Below, piece after piece: positions 47,420 through 56,294 of a stretch of 64,000 nt of DNA. This stretch comes from Candidatus Latescibacterota bacterium (GTDB lineage: Bacteria > Latescibacterota > UBA2968 > UBA8231). How positions within the stretch are numbered: position 1 is the first letter of the stretch; each line of letters begins with the position of its first letter. The notes beneath the pieces were generated by a model. That model worked only from the letters and a program-made list of their open reading frames with translations. It was not told the DNA's origin and searched no databases. The stretch lies in NCBI GenBank assembly GCA_965248355.1, contig OZ252098.1, forward strand, positions 4,928,001 to 4,992,000, written 5' to 3'. A program made the position numbers and the translations under genes.

Positions 47420-48736
47420 TCACAAGGCGCAGGTGCGGAACCCGGTGAGCACGTCGCGGCGGTCGGGGGTCTGGAAGTTCCGGTACCCCGTGCGGGCCAG
47501 ACGCGCCCGGGTGGTCCAGCAGCCGCCGCGCATGACCTTGCGGGAGTGGAAGCAGGGCTCCGAGTACTCCTTGTAGGGATCCGGCTCGAATCCGGGGAAG
47601 GGCTCGAAGGTGGTGCTCGTCCACTCCCAGACGTTGCCGATCATCTGGCGGCAGCCCCAGGGGCTGTCACCGTCCGGCAGGCCGCCCACGTCCACGGTGC
47701 CCATGGCCCGCCAGTCGAGGTTGGCCCGTTCCGGGCCGGGAGCCCCGTCGCCCCACGGCCAGGGGCGGCGGCTCTCCGACAACCCGCCCCCGGCGGTGGG
47801 CTCGGCCACGGCGGCGGCCTCCCACTCCGCTTCGGTGGGGAGCCGGCGGCCGGCCCAGCGGCACCAGGCGTCGGCCTCGAACCAGTTCACGTGGATCACG
47901 GGGCGGTGCGGCTCGAGGTCGTGCCAGGCGTCGAAGTGGCGGCGCTGCCAGCCGCCGCCGCCCCGGCGCCAGTAGCAGGGGTGCTCGGCCCCTGCCTCGA
48001 CGCGCCAGGTCCAGCCCTCCTCGCTCCAGAGGCGTTCGTCGGCGTAGCCGCCGTCGTCGACGAACTCGGCGAAGCGCTCCTGGGAGACGGGGGCGCGGGC
48101 GATGCGGAAGGCCGGCAGCTCCACGGGGTGGGCCCACTTCTCGTTGTCGAAGACGAAGGGCGCGCCCCGCTCGGAGCCGAGGCGGTAGAGGCCGCCGGGG
48201 ACCTCGGCGTCCCCCGTCAGCCCGCCGCCGCCGATCTCCTCCTCGGAGCGGGGCACGCCCAGCCGGGGCGCCGGCCAGCCGTGGGTCTGGCGGGTGTACG
48301 TGAGGGCCTCGGTGTGCATGTCCTCGTGGAGCACCGAGTAGAGGGCGTGGTAGAGGACGTCGTCGCCGGGCGGATCGGCCAGCAGCAGCTCCTCGGTGCG
48401 GTCGAGGACCTCGCGAACGTAGCCGAGGGTTTCCTCCCGCGACGGCAGCGGCAGGTCCCAGCGCCGCTCGTGGGCGATGGCGATCGAGTCGTAGAGGTCG
48501 TCCTCGTCGGCGCGGACCGGGGCCTGGCCGCCGGCGTGGCGCACCACCCACCGGGACTGGAACCAGGCGTGGTGGCCGATCTCCCACAGGCCGGGGTTGA
48601 CGATGGCCAGCTGCGGGCCGAGCAGTTGCTCGTCGGTGAGGTCCGAGACCAGCTCCAGGGTGCGCTGCCGGGCGTCGCGGACCCAGCGAGCCAGCTCTTC
48701 CCGGGCGATCATGTCGAGGATGCGGTGCTCGGGCAT
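47420..48736 (-). CDS. senA: Selenoneine synthase SenA (EgtB-like, DinB + FGE-sulfatase domains)
   Basis: R.RTL.L, NPGLWEIGHHAWFQ, iron motif HEDMHTE, FDNEK.AH, RRLPTEAEWE, GNVWEWT and GFRTC; lies between senB and selD. AAGGGGG precedes ATG 48736. Confidence 0.88.
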   Translation of the reverse strand: MPEHRILDMIAREELARWVRDARQRTLELVSDLTDEQLLGPQLAIVNPGLWEIGHHAWFQSRWVVRHAGGQAPVRADEDDLYDSIAIAHERRWDLPLPSREETLGYVREVLDRTEELLLADPPGDDVLYHALYSVLHEDMHTEALTYTRQTHGWPAPRLGVPRSEEEIGGGGLTGDAEVPGGLYRLGSERGAPFVFDNEKWAHPVELPAFRIARAPVSQERFAEFVDDGGYADERLWSEEGWTWRVEAGAEHPCYWRRGGGGWQRRHFDAWHDLEPHRPVIHVNWFEADAWCRWAGRRLPTEAEWEAAAVAEPTAGGGLSESRRPWPWGDGAPGPERANLDWRAMGTVDVGGLPDGDSPWGCRQMIGNVWEWTSTTFEPFPGFEPDPYKEYSEPCFHSRKVMRGGCWTTRARLARTGYRNFQTPDRRDVLTGFRTCAL

Positions 48737-48851
48737 CTTTCCCCCTTCTGGTATGCACGTAAAGATACGTCCCCGTGGCGGGGCAACCGCTTTGCCTCCC
48801 CCGCGAGGGATGACTAGGTTCCGCCCCCCCCAACAAGGATCCGGAGACCGA

Positions 48852-49907
48852 ATGACTCTGCCGAACAAGGACATAACCCTCACGAGCCTGGCCAGGACCT
48901 GCGGCTGAGCGGCGAAAGTGAGTCCGGTCGGACTCGCCACGCTGCTGGAAGGGCTTCCGGGCCAGGTCGACCCGAACCTGCTCGTCGGGTTCGAGACGAG
49001 TGACGACGCGGCCGTCTACCGGCTCGACGACGAGCGCGCGCTGGTGCTCACGGCGGACATCATCACGCCGCCGGTGGACGATCCGGTGCTCTTCGGCCGG
49101 ATCGCCGCGGCCAACTCGTTGAGCGACGTGTACGCCATGGGCGGCCGGCCCCTGGCGGCGCTGAACCTGCTGGGCTTTCCCGGCGACCAGCTCGGACCCG
49201 AGGTGCTGGCCGGCATCGTCGCCGGGGCCCGCGAGAAGGTCGTGGAGGCCGGCGCCGTGCTCGCCGGAGGCCATACCACGGACGACGAGGAGCCCAAGTT
49301 CGGCCTCTCCGTCACCGGTCTCGTGCACCCGGAGCGCTACTGGCGCAACGTGGGAGCGCGTCCGGGCGACGCCCTCGTGCTGACCAAGCCCATCGGCAGC
49401 GGCGTGCTGTTCAACGGGAACCTGCGGGGCTGGGTCTCGGCCGAGGCGCTGGCCGCCTGCGTGGAGTCCCTGACGACGTTGAACCGGGCGGCTGCCGAAG
49501 GCCTGGCCCGCTTCGAGGTGCACTCCGCCACCGACGTGACCGGCTTCGGCCTGGCCGGTCACGCCTTCGAGATGGCCAGCGGCTCGGGGGTGACCCTGCA
49601 CATCGACGCCGGCGCCGTGCCCGTGTACGACGAGGCTCTCGACATGTACCGGAGGGGCGTTTCCACCGGCGTGAACCGGGCCAACCGCGAGCTCGTCGAG
49701 GCCTCCACCCGGTTCGCACCCGGCCTGCCGGAGGAGTGGCGCGAGCTGGCCGTCGATCCGCAGACCAGCGGCGGGCTGCTGGCCGCCCTCCCGGCGGACC
49801 AGGCCCGCGAAGCCGTGGGCGCCCTGGTCGATGGGGGTGTGCCGGCTGCGGCCGTCGTCGGCCACGTCCGACCCCAGGAGGGAGAGGTGCACCTGGTCTT
49901 CAGCTGA
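48852..49907 (+). CDS. selD: Selenide, water dikinase SelD/SenC, selenocysteine-containing (UGA at 48906-48908)
   Basis: GGAG then ATG 48852: MTLPNKDITLTSLARTCG-U-AAKVSP, in frame with ORF 48918..49907 (DDAAVY, AANSLSDVYAMGG, GGHT, LTKPIGSG, TDVTGFGL.GH, DPQTSGGLL). Confidence 0.95.
48909..48937 (+). promoter_or_regulatory. Bacterial SECIS-like hairpin downstream of the selD UGA
   Basis: Stem GAGTCC (48920-48925)/GGACTC (48930-48935) with a GGTC loop starting 17 nt after the UGA. Confidence 0.75.
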
Positions 49908-49977
49908 GGGCTCGCCCGTCTCCGTTCCGCCGCCCACGGCGGCGCCATCCACACCAATCACAGAGGGCCGTACAAGA

Positions 49978-50874
49978 ATGATGCGATGGATCCTGCTGCT
50001 TGCCGTGCTCCCTTGGCTCGAGACCCCCGCGAGCGCCGCGGAGGAGGTCTTTCGCTTCACCGCGATCCCCGACCAGGACACGGCGAGACTGAAGGAGCGG
50101 TTCGACAAGGTCGCCGCGTACCTGGGCTCGAAGCTCGGCGTCCCCGTGGAGTACGTGCCGGTCAAGTCGTACGCCGCCTCGGTGTCCGCCTTCAAGAACG
50201 GAGAGGTGCAGCTGGCCTGGTTCGGGGGCCTGTCCGGCGTCCAGGCCCGCCGCGGCGTGCCCGGCTCGCAGGCCATCGCCCAGGGTCAGGAGGACGTGGA
50301 GTTCGTCACCTACTTCATCGCCCACACCAGCACCGGCCTTCGAGAGGCGGCCACCTGCCCCTGCAGCGGGGCGGACAGGGAAGCGGGCTTCCCGGCCGGG
50401 ATCGCCGGCAAGACCTTCACCTTCGGCTCCAAGGGATCGACCTCGGGGCGGCTCATGCCGGAGTACTTCATCCGCCGCCACTTCGGCAAGCCCCCGGGGG
50501 AGGTCTTCGAGCGCGTCGGCTTCAGCGGCGACCACTCCAAGACCCTGGCCCTCGTGCAGTCCGGCGCCTACCAGGCCGGGGCCCTGAACTACAAGGTGTG
50601 GGAGAACGAGATGGCGGCGGGCCGCGTGGACACGTCCAAGGTGCGCGTCGTCTGGCGCACGCCGACCTACCCGGACTACAACTGGTCGATCCGCGGCGAC
50701 GTGGACCGCCGCTACGGAGAGGGTTTCACCGACCGCGTCCGCCAGGCCCTGCTGGGCATGGAGGACCGGGGACTGCTCGACTCCTTCCCGCGGGCGGCGT
50801 TCATCGCCGCCGACAACACCATGTACGCGCCGATCGTCGAGACCGGCAGGGCCATCGGCATCCTCGAGGAGTGA
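49978..50874 (+). CDS. PhnD-like ABC substrate-binding protein (putative selenate/Se-species binding family)
   Basis: Signal peptide; FTAIPDQD, LAWFGGLSGVQAR, FTFGSKGSTSGRLMP, FSGDHSKT and TP.Y.DYNW motifs. Confidence 0.85.
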   Translation: MMRWILLLAVLPWLETPASAAEEVFRFTAIPDQDTARLKERFDKVAAYLGSKLGVPVEYVPVKSYAASVSAFKNGEVQLAWFGGLSGVQARRGVPGSQAIAQGQEDVEFVTYFIAHTSTGLREAATCPCSGADREAGFPAGIAGKTFTFGSKGSTSGRLMPEYFIRRHFGKPPGEVFERVGFSGDHSKTLALVQSGAYQAGALNYKVWENEMAAGRVDTSKVRVVWRTPTYPDYNWSIRGDVDRRYGEGFTDRVRQALLGMEDRGLLDSFPRAAFIAADNTMYAPIVETGRAIGILEE

Positions 50875-51581
50875 TGGGTTCCATGCCCGCCCCGGCGGCC
50901 GGCCCGCTTTTCGATCTGCGGGACGAGCACGTTCGCCAGGGCGCCACCGAGGCCCTGCGCGGCGTCGATCTGCGGGTCGAGCGCGGCGAGAAGGTGGTCG
51001 TCATCGGCCCCAGCGGCGCCGGCAAGTCCACCCTGCTGCGGGTCCTCCAGGCCCGCCGACCGGCCGACTCCGCCTGCGTGCACCAGGACTACGCCCTGGT
51101 GCCGCAACTGTCGGCGTTCCACAACGTCTACGCCGGCCGCCTCGACCGGAACTCGACTCTCGCCAGTCTCGTGGACCTGGTGAAGCCCCGCCGCCGGGTG
51201 GTTGAGGAGGTGCGTCCCCTCTTTCGCGACCTCGGCCTGGAGGACAAGCTCTTCGAGGCGGTGAGCCAGCTCTCCGGCGGCCAGCAGCAGCGGGTCGCCG
51301 TGGGGCGGGCCCTCTACCAGGGGGGCAGCGTGGTCCTCGCGGACGAACCGGTGTCGGCCGTCGATCCCCATCAGGCCGGCGATGTCCTGGAACTGCTCAA
51401 GGCCCGCTGCGAGACCGCGGTGGTGGCCATGCACGACGTCGACCTCGCACTGCAGCACTTCGACAGGGCCGTGGGACTGCGCGAGGGACGGATCGCCTTC
51501 GATCTGCGCTCCGCCGAGGTCGGCGCCCGGCGGCTGCAAGCGCTGTACCGCGGCGAAGCGAGTCCCGAACCATCGACCTGA
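50874..51581 (+). CDS. ABC transporter ATP-binding protein (PhnC-like)
   Basis: GPSGAGKST, LSGGQQQRVA, LADEP and MHD motifs; ATG overlaps the stop of the binding-protein gene. Confidence 0.9.
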   Translation: MGSMPAPAAGPLFDLRDEHVRQGATEALRGVDLRVERGEKVVVIGPSGAGKSTLLRVLQARRPADSACVHQDYALVPQLSAFHNVYAGRLDRNSTLASLVDLVKPRRRVVEEVRPLFRDLGLEDKLFEAVSQLSGGQQQRVAVGRALYQGGSVVLADEPVSAVDPHQAGDVLELLKARCETAVVAMHDVDLALQHFDRAVGLREGRIAFDLRSAEVGARRLQALYRGEASPEPST

Positions 51582-51591
51582 GACATCCGCC

Positions 51592-53088
51592 GTGCTGAAG
51601 GCGAGCCTGTGGTTCCTGGCGGTGGGCCTCGTCTGCCTGGCCCTGGCCGACGTCGAGGTCGTCACCCTCGACCCGTGGGGCGAGCTGGGGCGCCTGCTCT
51701 CGGGGTTCGCGCGTCCCGACCTGCGGGTGCTGCCGGCCCTCGGGGAGGCCCTGCTCAACACCATCACCTTCGCCTTCTGCGGCCTCTCCCTGGCCGTGAT
51801 CCTCGGCTCGGGGCTCGCCTTTTTCTTCGAGCACCGCGTCGTGCGTCTCGGCTGCGCCGCCGTGCGCGCCGTCCACGAGATCTTCTGGGCCTTCCTGTTC
51901 CTGCCCATGATAGGGCTCAACCCGGTCTGCGGCGTGCTGGCCATCGCCATCCCCTACGCCGGCGTCTTCGCCAAGGTCTACGCCGAGATCCTGCAGGAGG
52001 CCGACCGCCGGCCCATGCAGGCCCTGCCTCCGGGCTCGACGGAGGTCAGCCGGTTCTGCTACGGGGTGCTGCCCACCATCTGGCCCAACCTGAAGGCCTA
52101 CACCGCCTACCGCCTGGAGTGCGCCCTGCGCTCCAGCGCGGTCCTCGGCTTCATCGGCCTCCCAACCCTCGGCTTCCACCTGGAGACCGCCTTCCGGGAG
52201 GGCCTGTACGGCGAGGCGGCGGCCCTGCTCTACGTCTTCTACTTGCTCATCGCGTCGTTGAGGTACTGGGTCCGCCCCCGGCTGGTGGCGCTCTACGCGG
52301 GGCTGTCGGCGTGGGCCGTGTCGCCGGAGGTCCACCTCTCCTGGGTCAACGTGAAGCGCTTCCTGACCTGGGAGATCCTGCCCTGGCCGATGCGGCGGGA
52401 GGGCTTCCTCGACGGCAGTCTCGACATCGCCTTTCCAGGGGATCAGGTCTGGGCGTGGTGCGGCGAGCTGGTGCGCGGTCAGGCCCTGCCGGGCCTGTGG
52501 AGCACGGTCCTGCTCACCCAGGTGGCGCTGGCGGCCACCGCCCTCTTCGCCGTCGCCTTCCTGGGCGCTGCCTGCCGCCACGTGAGCCCGGGGCCGGTGC
52601 GCAAACTCGTGCACTTCGGCCTCATCGTCGGGCGCACGACGCCCGAATACATCCTCGCCTACATCTTCCTGCAGTTGTGGGGGCCGTCGATGCTTCCCGC
52701 CCTGGTCGCCATCCTGCTGCACAACGGCGCCATCCTGTCCTACCTCGGCGCCGGCTCGGCGAACGTGATGCGGCTGCGGCCCGACGCCCCGCGCGGCGCT
52801 CTCGACCGCTACGCCTGGGAGGTTCTGCCCCGGGTCTACGGACAGTTCCTCGCCTTCCTGTTCTACCGCTGGGAGGTGATGATGCGAGAGTCCGCGATCC
52901 TCGGGATCCTGGGGGTCACAACCCTCGGGTTCTTCATCGACAGCGCCATCGCCGAAGACAAGCTCGACCAGGCCGTGGTGCTCATCGGGTTCACGGCCCT
53001 GCTCAACATGGGGATCGACTCGATCTCGCAGGTGGTGCGGCGCCGGCTGCGGCTGGCCTCGGGAGCCTCCCTGGCCGTCGCCGACTGA
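51592..53088 (+). CDS. ABC transporter permease with two fused PhnE-like domains
   Basis: Two repeats: RAVHEIFWA...YRLECALRSSAVLG and RTTPEYI.A...YRWEVMMRESAILG. Start uncertain. Confidence 0.85.
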   Translation: MLKASLWFLAVGLVCLALADVEVVTLDPWGELGRLLSGFARPDLRVLPALGEALLNTITFAFCGLSLAVILGSGLAFFFEHRVVRLGCAAVRAVHEIFWAFLFLPMIGLNPVCGVLAIAIPYAGVFAKVYAEILQEADRRPMQALPPGSTEVSRFCYGVLPTIWPNLKAYTAYRLECALRSSAVLGFIGLPTLGFHLETAFREGLYGEAAALLYVFYLLIASLRYWVRPRLVALYAGLSAWAVSPEVHLSWVNVKRFLTWEILPWPMRREGFLDGSLDIAFPGDQVWAWCGELVRGQALPGLWSTVLLTQVALAATALFAVAFLGAACRHVSPGPVRKLVHFGLIVGRTTPEYILAYIFLQLWGPSMLPALVAILLHNGAILSYLGAGSANVMRLRPDAPRGALDRYAWEVLPRVYGQFLAFLFYRWEVMMRESAILGILGVTTLGFFIDSAIAEDKLDQAVVLIGFTALLNMGIDSISQVVRRRLRLASGASLAVAD

Positions 53089-54105
53089 TCATCGGGAGGT
53101 CGCGGGGGTCATCAGACTCAGGCTGAACCGCCTCCCTCCGTCGAGCCACTGACGCTCGATGGCGAAGCCGGCGGCCGCCGACAGCTCCGCGATCCCCTCG
53201 AGGGAGTACTTGCATGAATTCTCGGTGTGGATCGTCTCTCCCTCGTCGAAGGAGAGGTGCAGACCGAGGGCCTCGATCCAGACGGTCTGGTCCCTCAGCG
53301 ACCGCAGGTGCATCTCCATCCGTCCCCCGGCCTCGTTCCAGCGGGCCTCGTGGGCGAATGCGTCCGTTTCGAAGCGGCCGTCCAGCTCGCGGTTGATGCG
53401 CTCCAGAAGGTTCAGGTTGAATTGCGCCGTCACCCCGGCGTCGTCGTCGTAGGCGGCCACCAGGGTCGCCGGGTCCTTGCGCAGGTCGATGCCGATGAGC
53501 AGAGCGTCCCCGGGGCGCATGGCCCGGCCCAGGCGCCGCAGGAAGCGCACGGCCTCCTGCGGGGTGAAGTTGCCCACGTTCGAGCCCAGCCACAGCACCA
53601 GCCTCGGCGGCCCTCCCTCGGCCTCGAGGTAAGCCAGGCCCTCGTGATACTCGCCGGCCACGGCCAGCACCTCCAGATCGGGGTAGGTCTGCACGAGGGT
53701 CAGCGAGCTCTCCCGCAGCATGGAGCTCGAGATGTCGACGGGGATGAAGCGCAGCCGCCCCTGGCGGCGGAGCAGGGCCTCGATGACGAGCCGGGTCTTG
53801 CCGGAGTTGCCGGAGCCGAGGTCGACGAGGTCCACGGGTTGTCCGAGACCGGCGGCCAGCTCGTCGGCATGGGCCTCGAGGATGGACCGCTCCGCCCGCG
53901 TCAGGTAGTACTCCGGCAGCTCGCAGATGCGCTCGAACAGCCGCGATCCCCGTTCGTCGTAGAAATAGAGACAGGGAAGCCGCTTCGGCCGGGCCGTCAG
54001 CCCGGCGCGCACGTGGCCGGCCAAGTCTGCGCTCGGGCGGCCTTCCGGGGCGGCGACCAGCGTCAGGCTGTCCGAGTCGGTGGGAACTTCCCTGAAGCCG
54101 TGAAT
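53089..54105 (-). CDS. egtD: L-histidine N(alpha)-methyltransferase EgtD (hercynine synthase)
   Basis: GL...PK.LP..YFYDERGS.LFE.IC.LPEYYLTRAE, DLGSG...KT, WLGSNVGNF, AYDD.AGVTA.FN.N and IHTENS.KY motifs. Start either TTG 54024 or ATT 54105. Confidence 0.92.
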   Translation of the reverse strand: MHGFREVPTDSDSLTLVAAPEGRPSADLAGHVRAGLTARPKRLPCLYFYDERGSRLFERICELPEYYLTRAERSILEAHADELAAGLGQPVDLVDLGSGNSGKTRLVIEALLRRQGRLRFIPVDISSSMLRESSLTLVQTYPDLEVLAVAGEYHEGLAYLEAEGGPPRLVLWLGSNVGNFTPQEAVRFLRRLGRAMRPGDALLIGIDLRKDPATLVAAYDDDAGVTAQFNLNLLERINRELDGRFETDAFAHEARWNEAGGRMEMHLRSLRDQTVWIEALGLHLSFDEGETIHTENSCKYSLEGIAELSAAAGFAIERQWLDGGRRFSLSLMTPATSR

Positions 54106-54329
54106 GGAGGTCTCCTGCGGATGACGATTCTTCGGAAGGGGGCCGGTCCCGGGCCTCCCCGGGAATCGAGAAGGCGGATTATAGGGAACATGCGGGGCAG
54201 GGGCGACGGGGAGGGCGGACGGCGCCGCGGTTGCCCGGCTGTGAGCGGCATGGCTTTCGCAAGCCCCGTGTGGCTCCGGCCGGCCGCTGCCGCGGCCTCG
54301 CTCCGGGCGTCACCTCCAGGATCGCGAAC

Positions 54330-55109
54330 GTGTCCCCCGGCACCCGGATCCCCGGCCTCCCGGCCGCCCTCCTCGACTTCGTCTATCCCCCCCACTGTCC
54401 GGCCTGCGAGTCCTGGCAGGAGCCGGGGGACCGCGAGGCCCTCTGCAACCGCTGCATCGCCGAGATTCAGGCCCCCCTCGGGCGCCGGTGCCGCCGCTGC
54501 GGAGCCCCGGAGGCGTCTCCTCCGCAAGCGCGCGGCCCCTCCGGGCCGGTCTGCCCGAACTGCGCCGGCTGGCCCGACCGGGCCTTCTCGCGGGCCGTGG
54601 TCCTGACCGATCTCGACGGTGCGGCCCAGCCCGCCGTCCACGCCCTCAAGTTCGGTGGCATCCAGAGGATCGGATCCCTCCTGGGCCGCCTTCTGGCGAC
54701 CGCTCCGGACACCTCCGGACCGCTGTCCGACCTGGATCTGCTGGTGCCCGTGCCCCTGCACCCGGCCCGGCAGCGGGAGCGCGGCTTCAACCAGGCCGAT
54801 CTGATCGCCCGCGGAGCGGGTGAGGTTCTCGGCGTGCCGGTCCGCGGAGACCTGGTGCGCCGGGCCCGCCCGACCCGCCAGCAGGCGCGCCTGGAGGCCG
54901 TTGACCGGGCCCGCAACCTGGCCGGGGCCTTCGCCCCCAGGGGGCCCACGGCCTGGGACATCTCTCCGCGCGCCATCGGTCTGGTGGATGACGTGCTCAC
55001 CACGGGCACGACCTTGTCCGCCTGCGCCGCCGTCCTGGGAGGCATCGCCCCGGGCGCCGAGATCCTCGCCGTCGCCGTGGCCGGTCCCTTCCGCCGGCCC
55101 CGACGTTGA
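54330..55109 (+). CDS. comF: ComF family protein (double zinc ribbon + phosphoribosyltransferase)
   Basis: Four CxxC motifs, VPVPLH..R..ERGFNQA and LVDDVLTTGTT. Start uncertain. Confidence 0.88.
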   Translation: MSPGTRIPGLPAALLDFVYPPHCPACESWQEPGDREALCNRCIAEIQAPLGRRCRRCGAPEASPPQARGPSGPVCPNCAGWPDRAFSRAVVLTDLDGAAQPAVHALKFGGIQRIGSLLGRLLATAPDTSGPLSDLDLLVPVPLHPARQRERGFNQADLIARGAGEVLGVPVRGDLVRRARPTRQQARLEAVDRARNLAGAFAPRGPTAWDISPRAIGLVDDVLTTGTTLSACAAVLGGIAPGAEILAVAVAGPFRRPRR

Positions 55110-55237
55110 CCTGACCTCTGGGGGACCTAGCTTAAGGCTGGTTCCCGCGGCAGTCCGACGCGGCCCCCAAGCGGGGCCGCGCTTGCCCGACCTCATGCCG
55201 CGGTCCGCCGGTCGACCACCTCCACAGGCCAAGGCAG

Positions 55238-56275
55238 ATGACCATCAAGACAGTCGGCATCCTCACCGGTGGCGGCGATTGCCCCGGACTCAACGCCGTT
55301 ATCCGGGCGGTGGTCCGCAAGGGGATCTCCCACTACGGTTACCGCTTCCGCGGGGTCCAGAAGGGTTGGAAGGGCTTGATGGAGTGCCTCTGGGAACCCC
55401 TGGGCCACGAGGAGGTGTCCGGCATCCTGCCCAAGGGCGGCACCATCCTCGGAACCTCGCGCACCAACCCCTACAAGATCCCCGATGGCGGCGACATCGT
55501 CATGGAGAACATGAAGCGCATGAAGCTCGACGCCCTGATCGCCATCGGGGGCGACGACACGCTCACCGTGGCCCACAAGCTGGCCTCGGCCGGCGCCGCC
55601 GTGGTGGGCGTGCCCAAGACGATCGACAACGACATCTCCAACACCGACTACACCTTCGGCTTCGACACCGCCGTCAACATCGTCACCGAGGCTCTCGACC
55701 GCATCCACACGACGGCCGAGTCCCACAACCGCGTGATGGTCGTCGAGGTGATGGGGCGGCACTCGGGCTGGATCGCCACCTACGCCGGCATCGCCGGCGG
55801 CGCCGACCTGATCCTGATCCCCGAGCAGAGCATCTCCATTCAGGAGACCATCGACATCATCAAGATGCGCCACGACAGGGGCAAGGACTTCAGCATCGTC
55901 GTCGTCGCCGAAGGGGTGAAGTTCGACGGCGACGAATACGTGGTGCAGGAGGGCGGTACCGACGAGTTCGGACATGTCAAGCTCGGCGGCGTGGGCCAAC
56001 TGGTGGGGGATGCCATCGAGAGGGAGACCGGTTTCGAGACCCGCGTCATCGTGCTGGGGCACCTGCAGCGCGGCGGGACCCCCACGGCTTTCGACCGGGT
56101 TCTCGGGACGCGCTACGGCATCGCGGCCATCGATCTGGTCAAGACCGGGGATTGGGGCAAGATGGTCGCCCTCCAGGGCGACGAGATCGTGGCCCTGCCT
56201 CTGGAGAGGGGAATCGGTGAGCTGAAGAGGGTGGGGGTGGAGCTGTACGATATCTCGCGCGTGTTCTTCGGCTGA
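55238..56275 (+). CDS. pfkA: 6-phosphofructokinase, probably PPi-dependent
   Basis: LTGGGDCPGLNA, GGTILGTSR, GGDDT, PKTIDND, EVMGR and LGHLQRGG motifs. Confidence 0.93.
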   Translation: MTIKTVGILTGGGDCPGLNAVIRAVVRKGISHYGYRFRGVQKGWKGLMECLWEPLGHEEVSGILPKGGTILGTSRTNPYKIPDGGDIVMENMKRMKLDALIAIGGDDTLTVAHKLASAGAAVVGVPKTIDNDISNTDYTFGFDTAVNIVTEALDRIHTTAESHNRVMVVEVMGRHSGWIATYAGIAGGADLILIPEQSISIQETIDIIKMRHDRGKDFSIVVVAEGVKFDGDEYVVQEGGTDEFGHVKLGGVGQLVGDAIERETGFETRVIVLGHLQRGGTPTAFDRVLGTRYGIAAIDLVKTGDWGKMVALQGDEIVALPLERGIGELKRVGVELYDISRVFFG

Positions 56276-56294
56276 CCGGAAGGAGCCCTGTGGC

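Noticed and set aside
47420..48736. Ordinary ergothioneine EgtB
   Set aside because: The senB and selD neighbours, and the absence of egtA/C/E in the window, favour SenA.
48918..49907. ORF-track selD starting at GTG 48918, or selD as a nonsense pseudogene
   Set aside because: This start omits the catalytic U/C-x-x-K motif. The upstream ATG, ribosome-binding site and SECIS-like hairpin support Sec readthrough.
49978..53088. Phosphonate transporter phnCDE
   Set aside because: The fold is similar, but there are no adjacent phosphonate catabolic genes and it follows selD. Gene symbols withheld.
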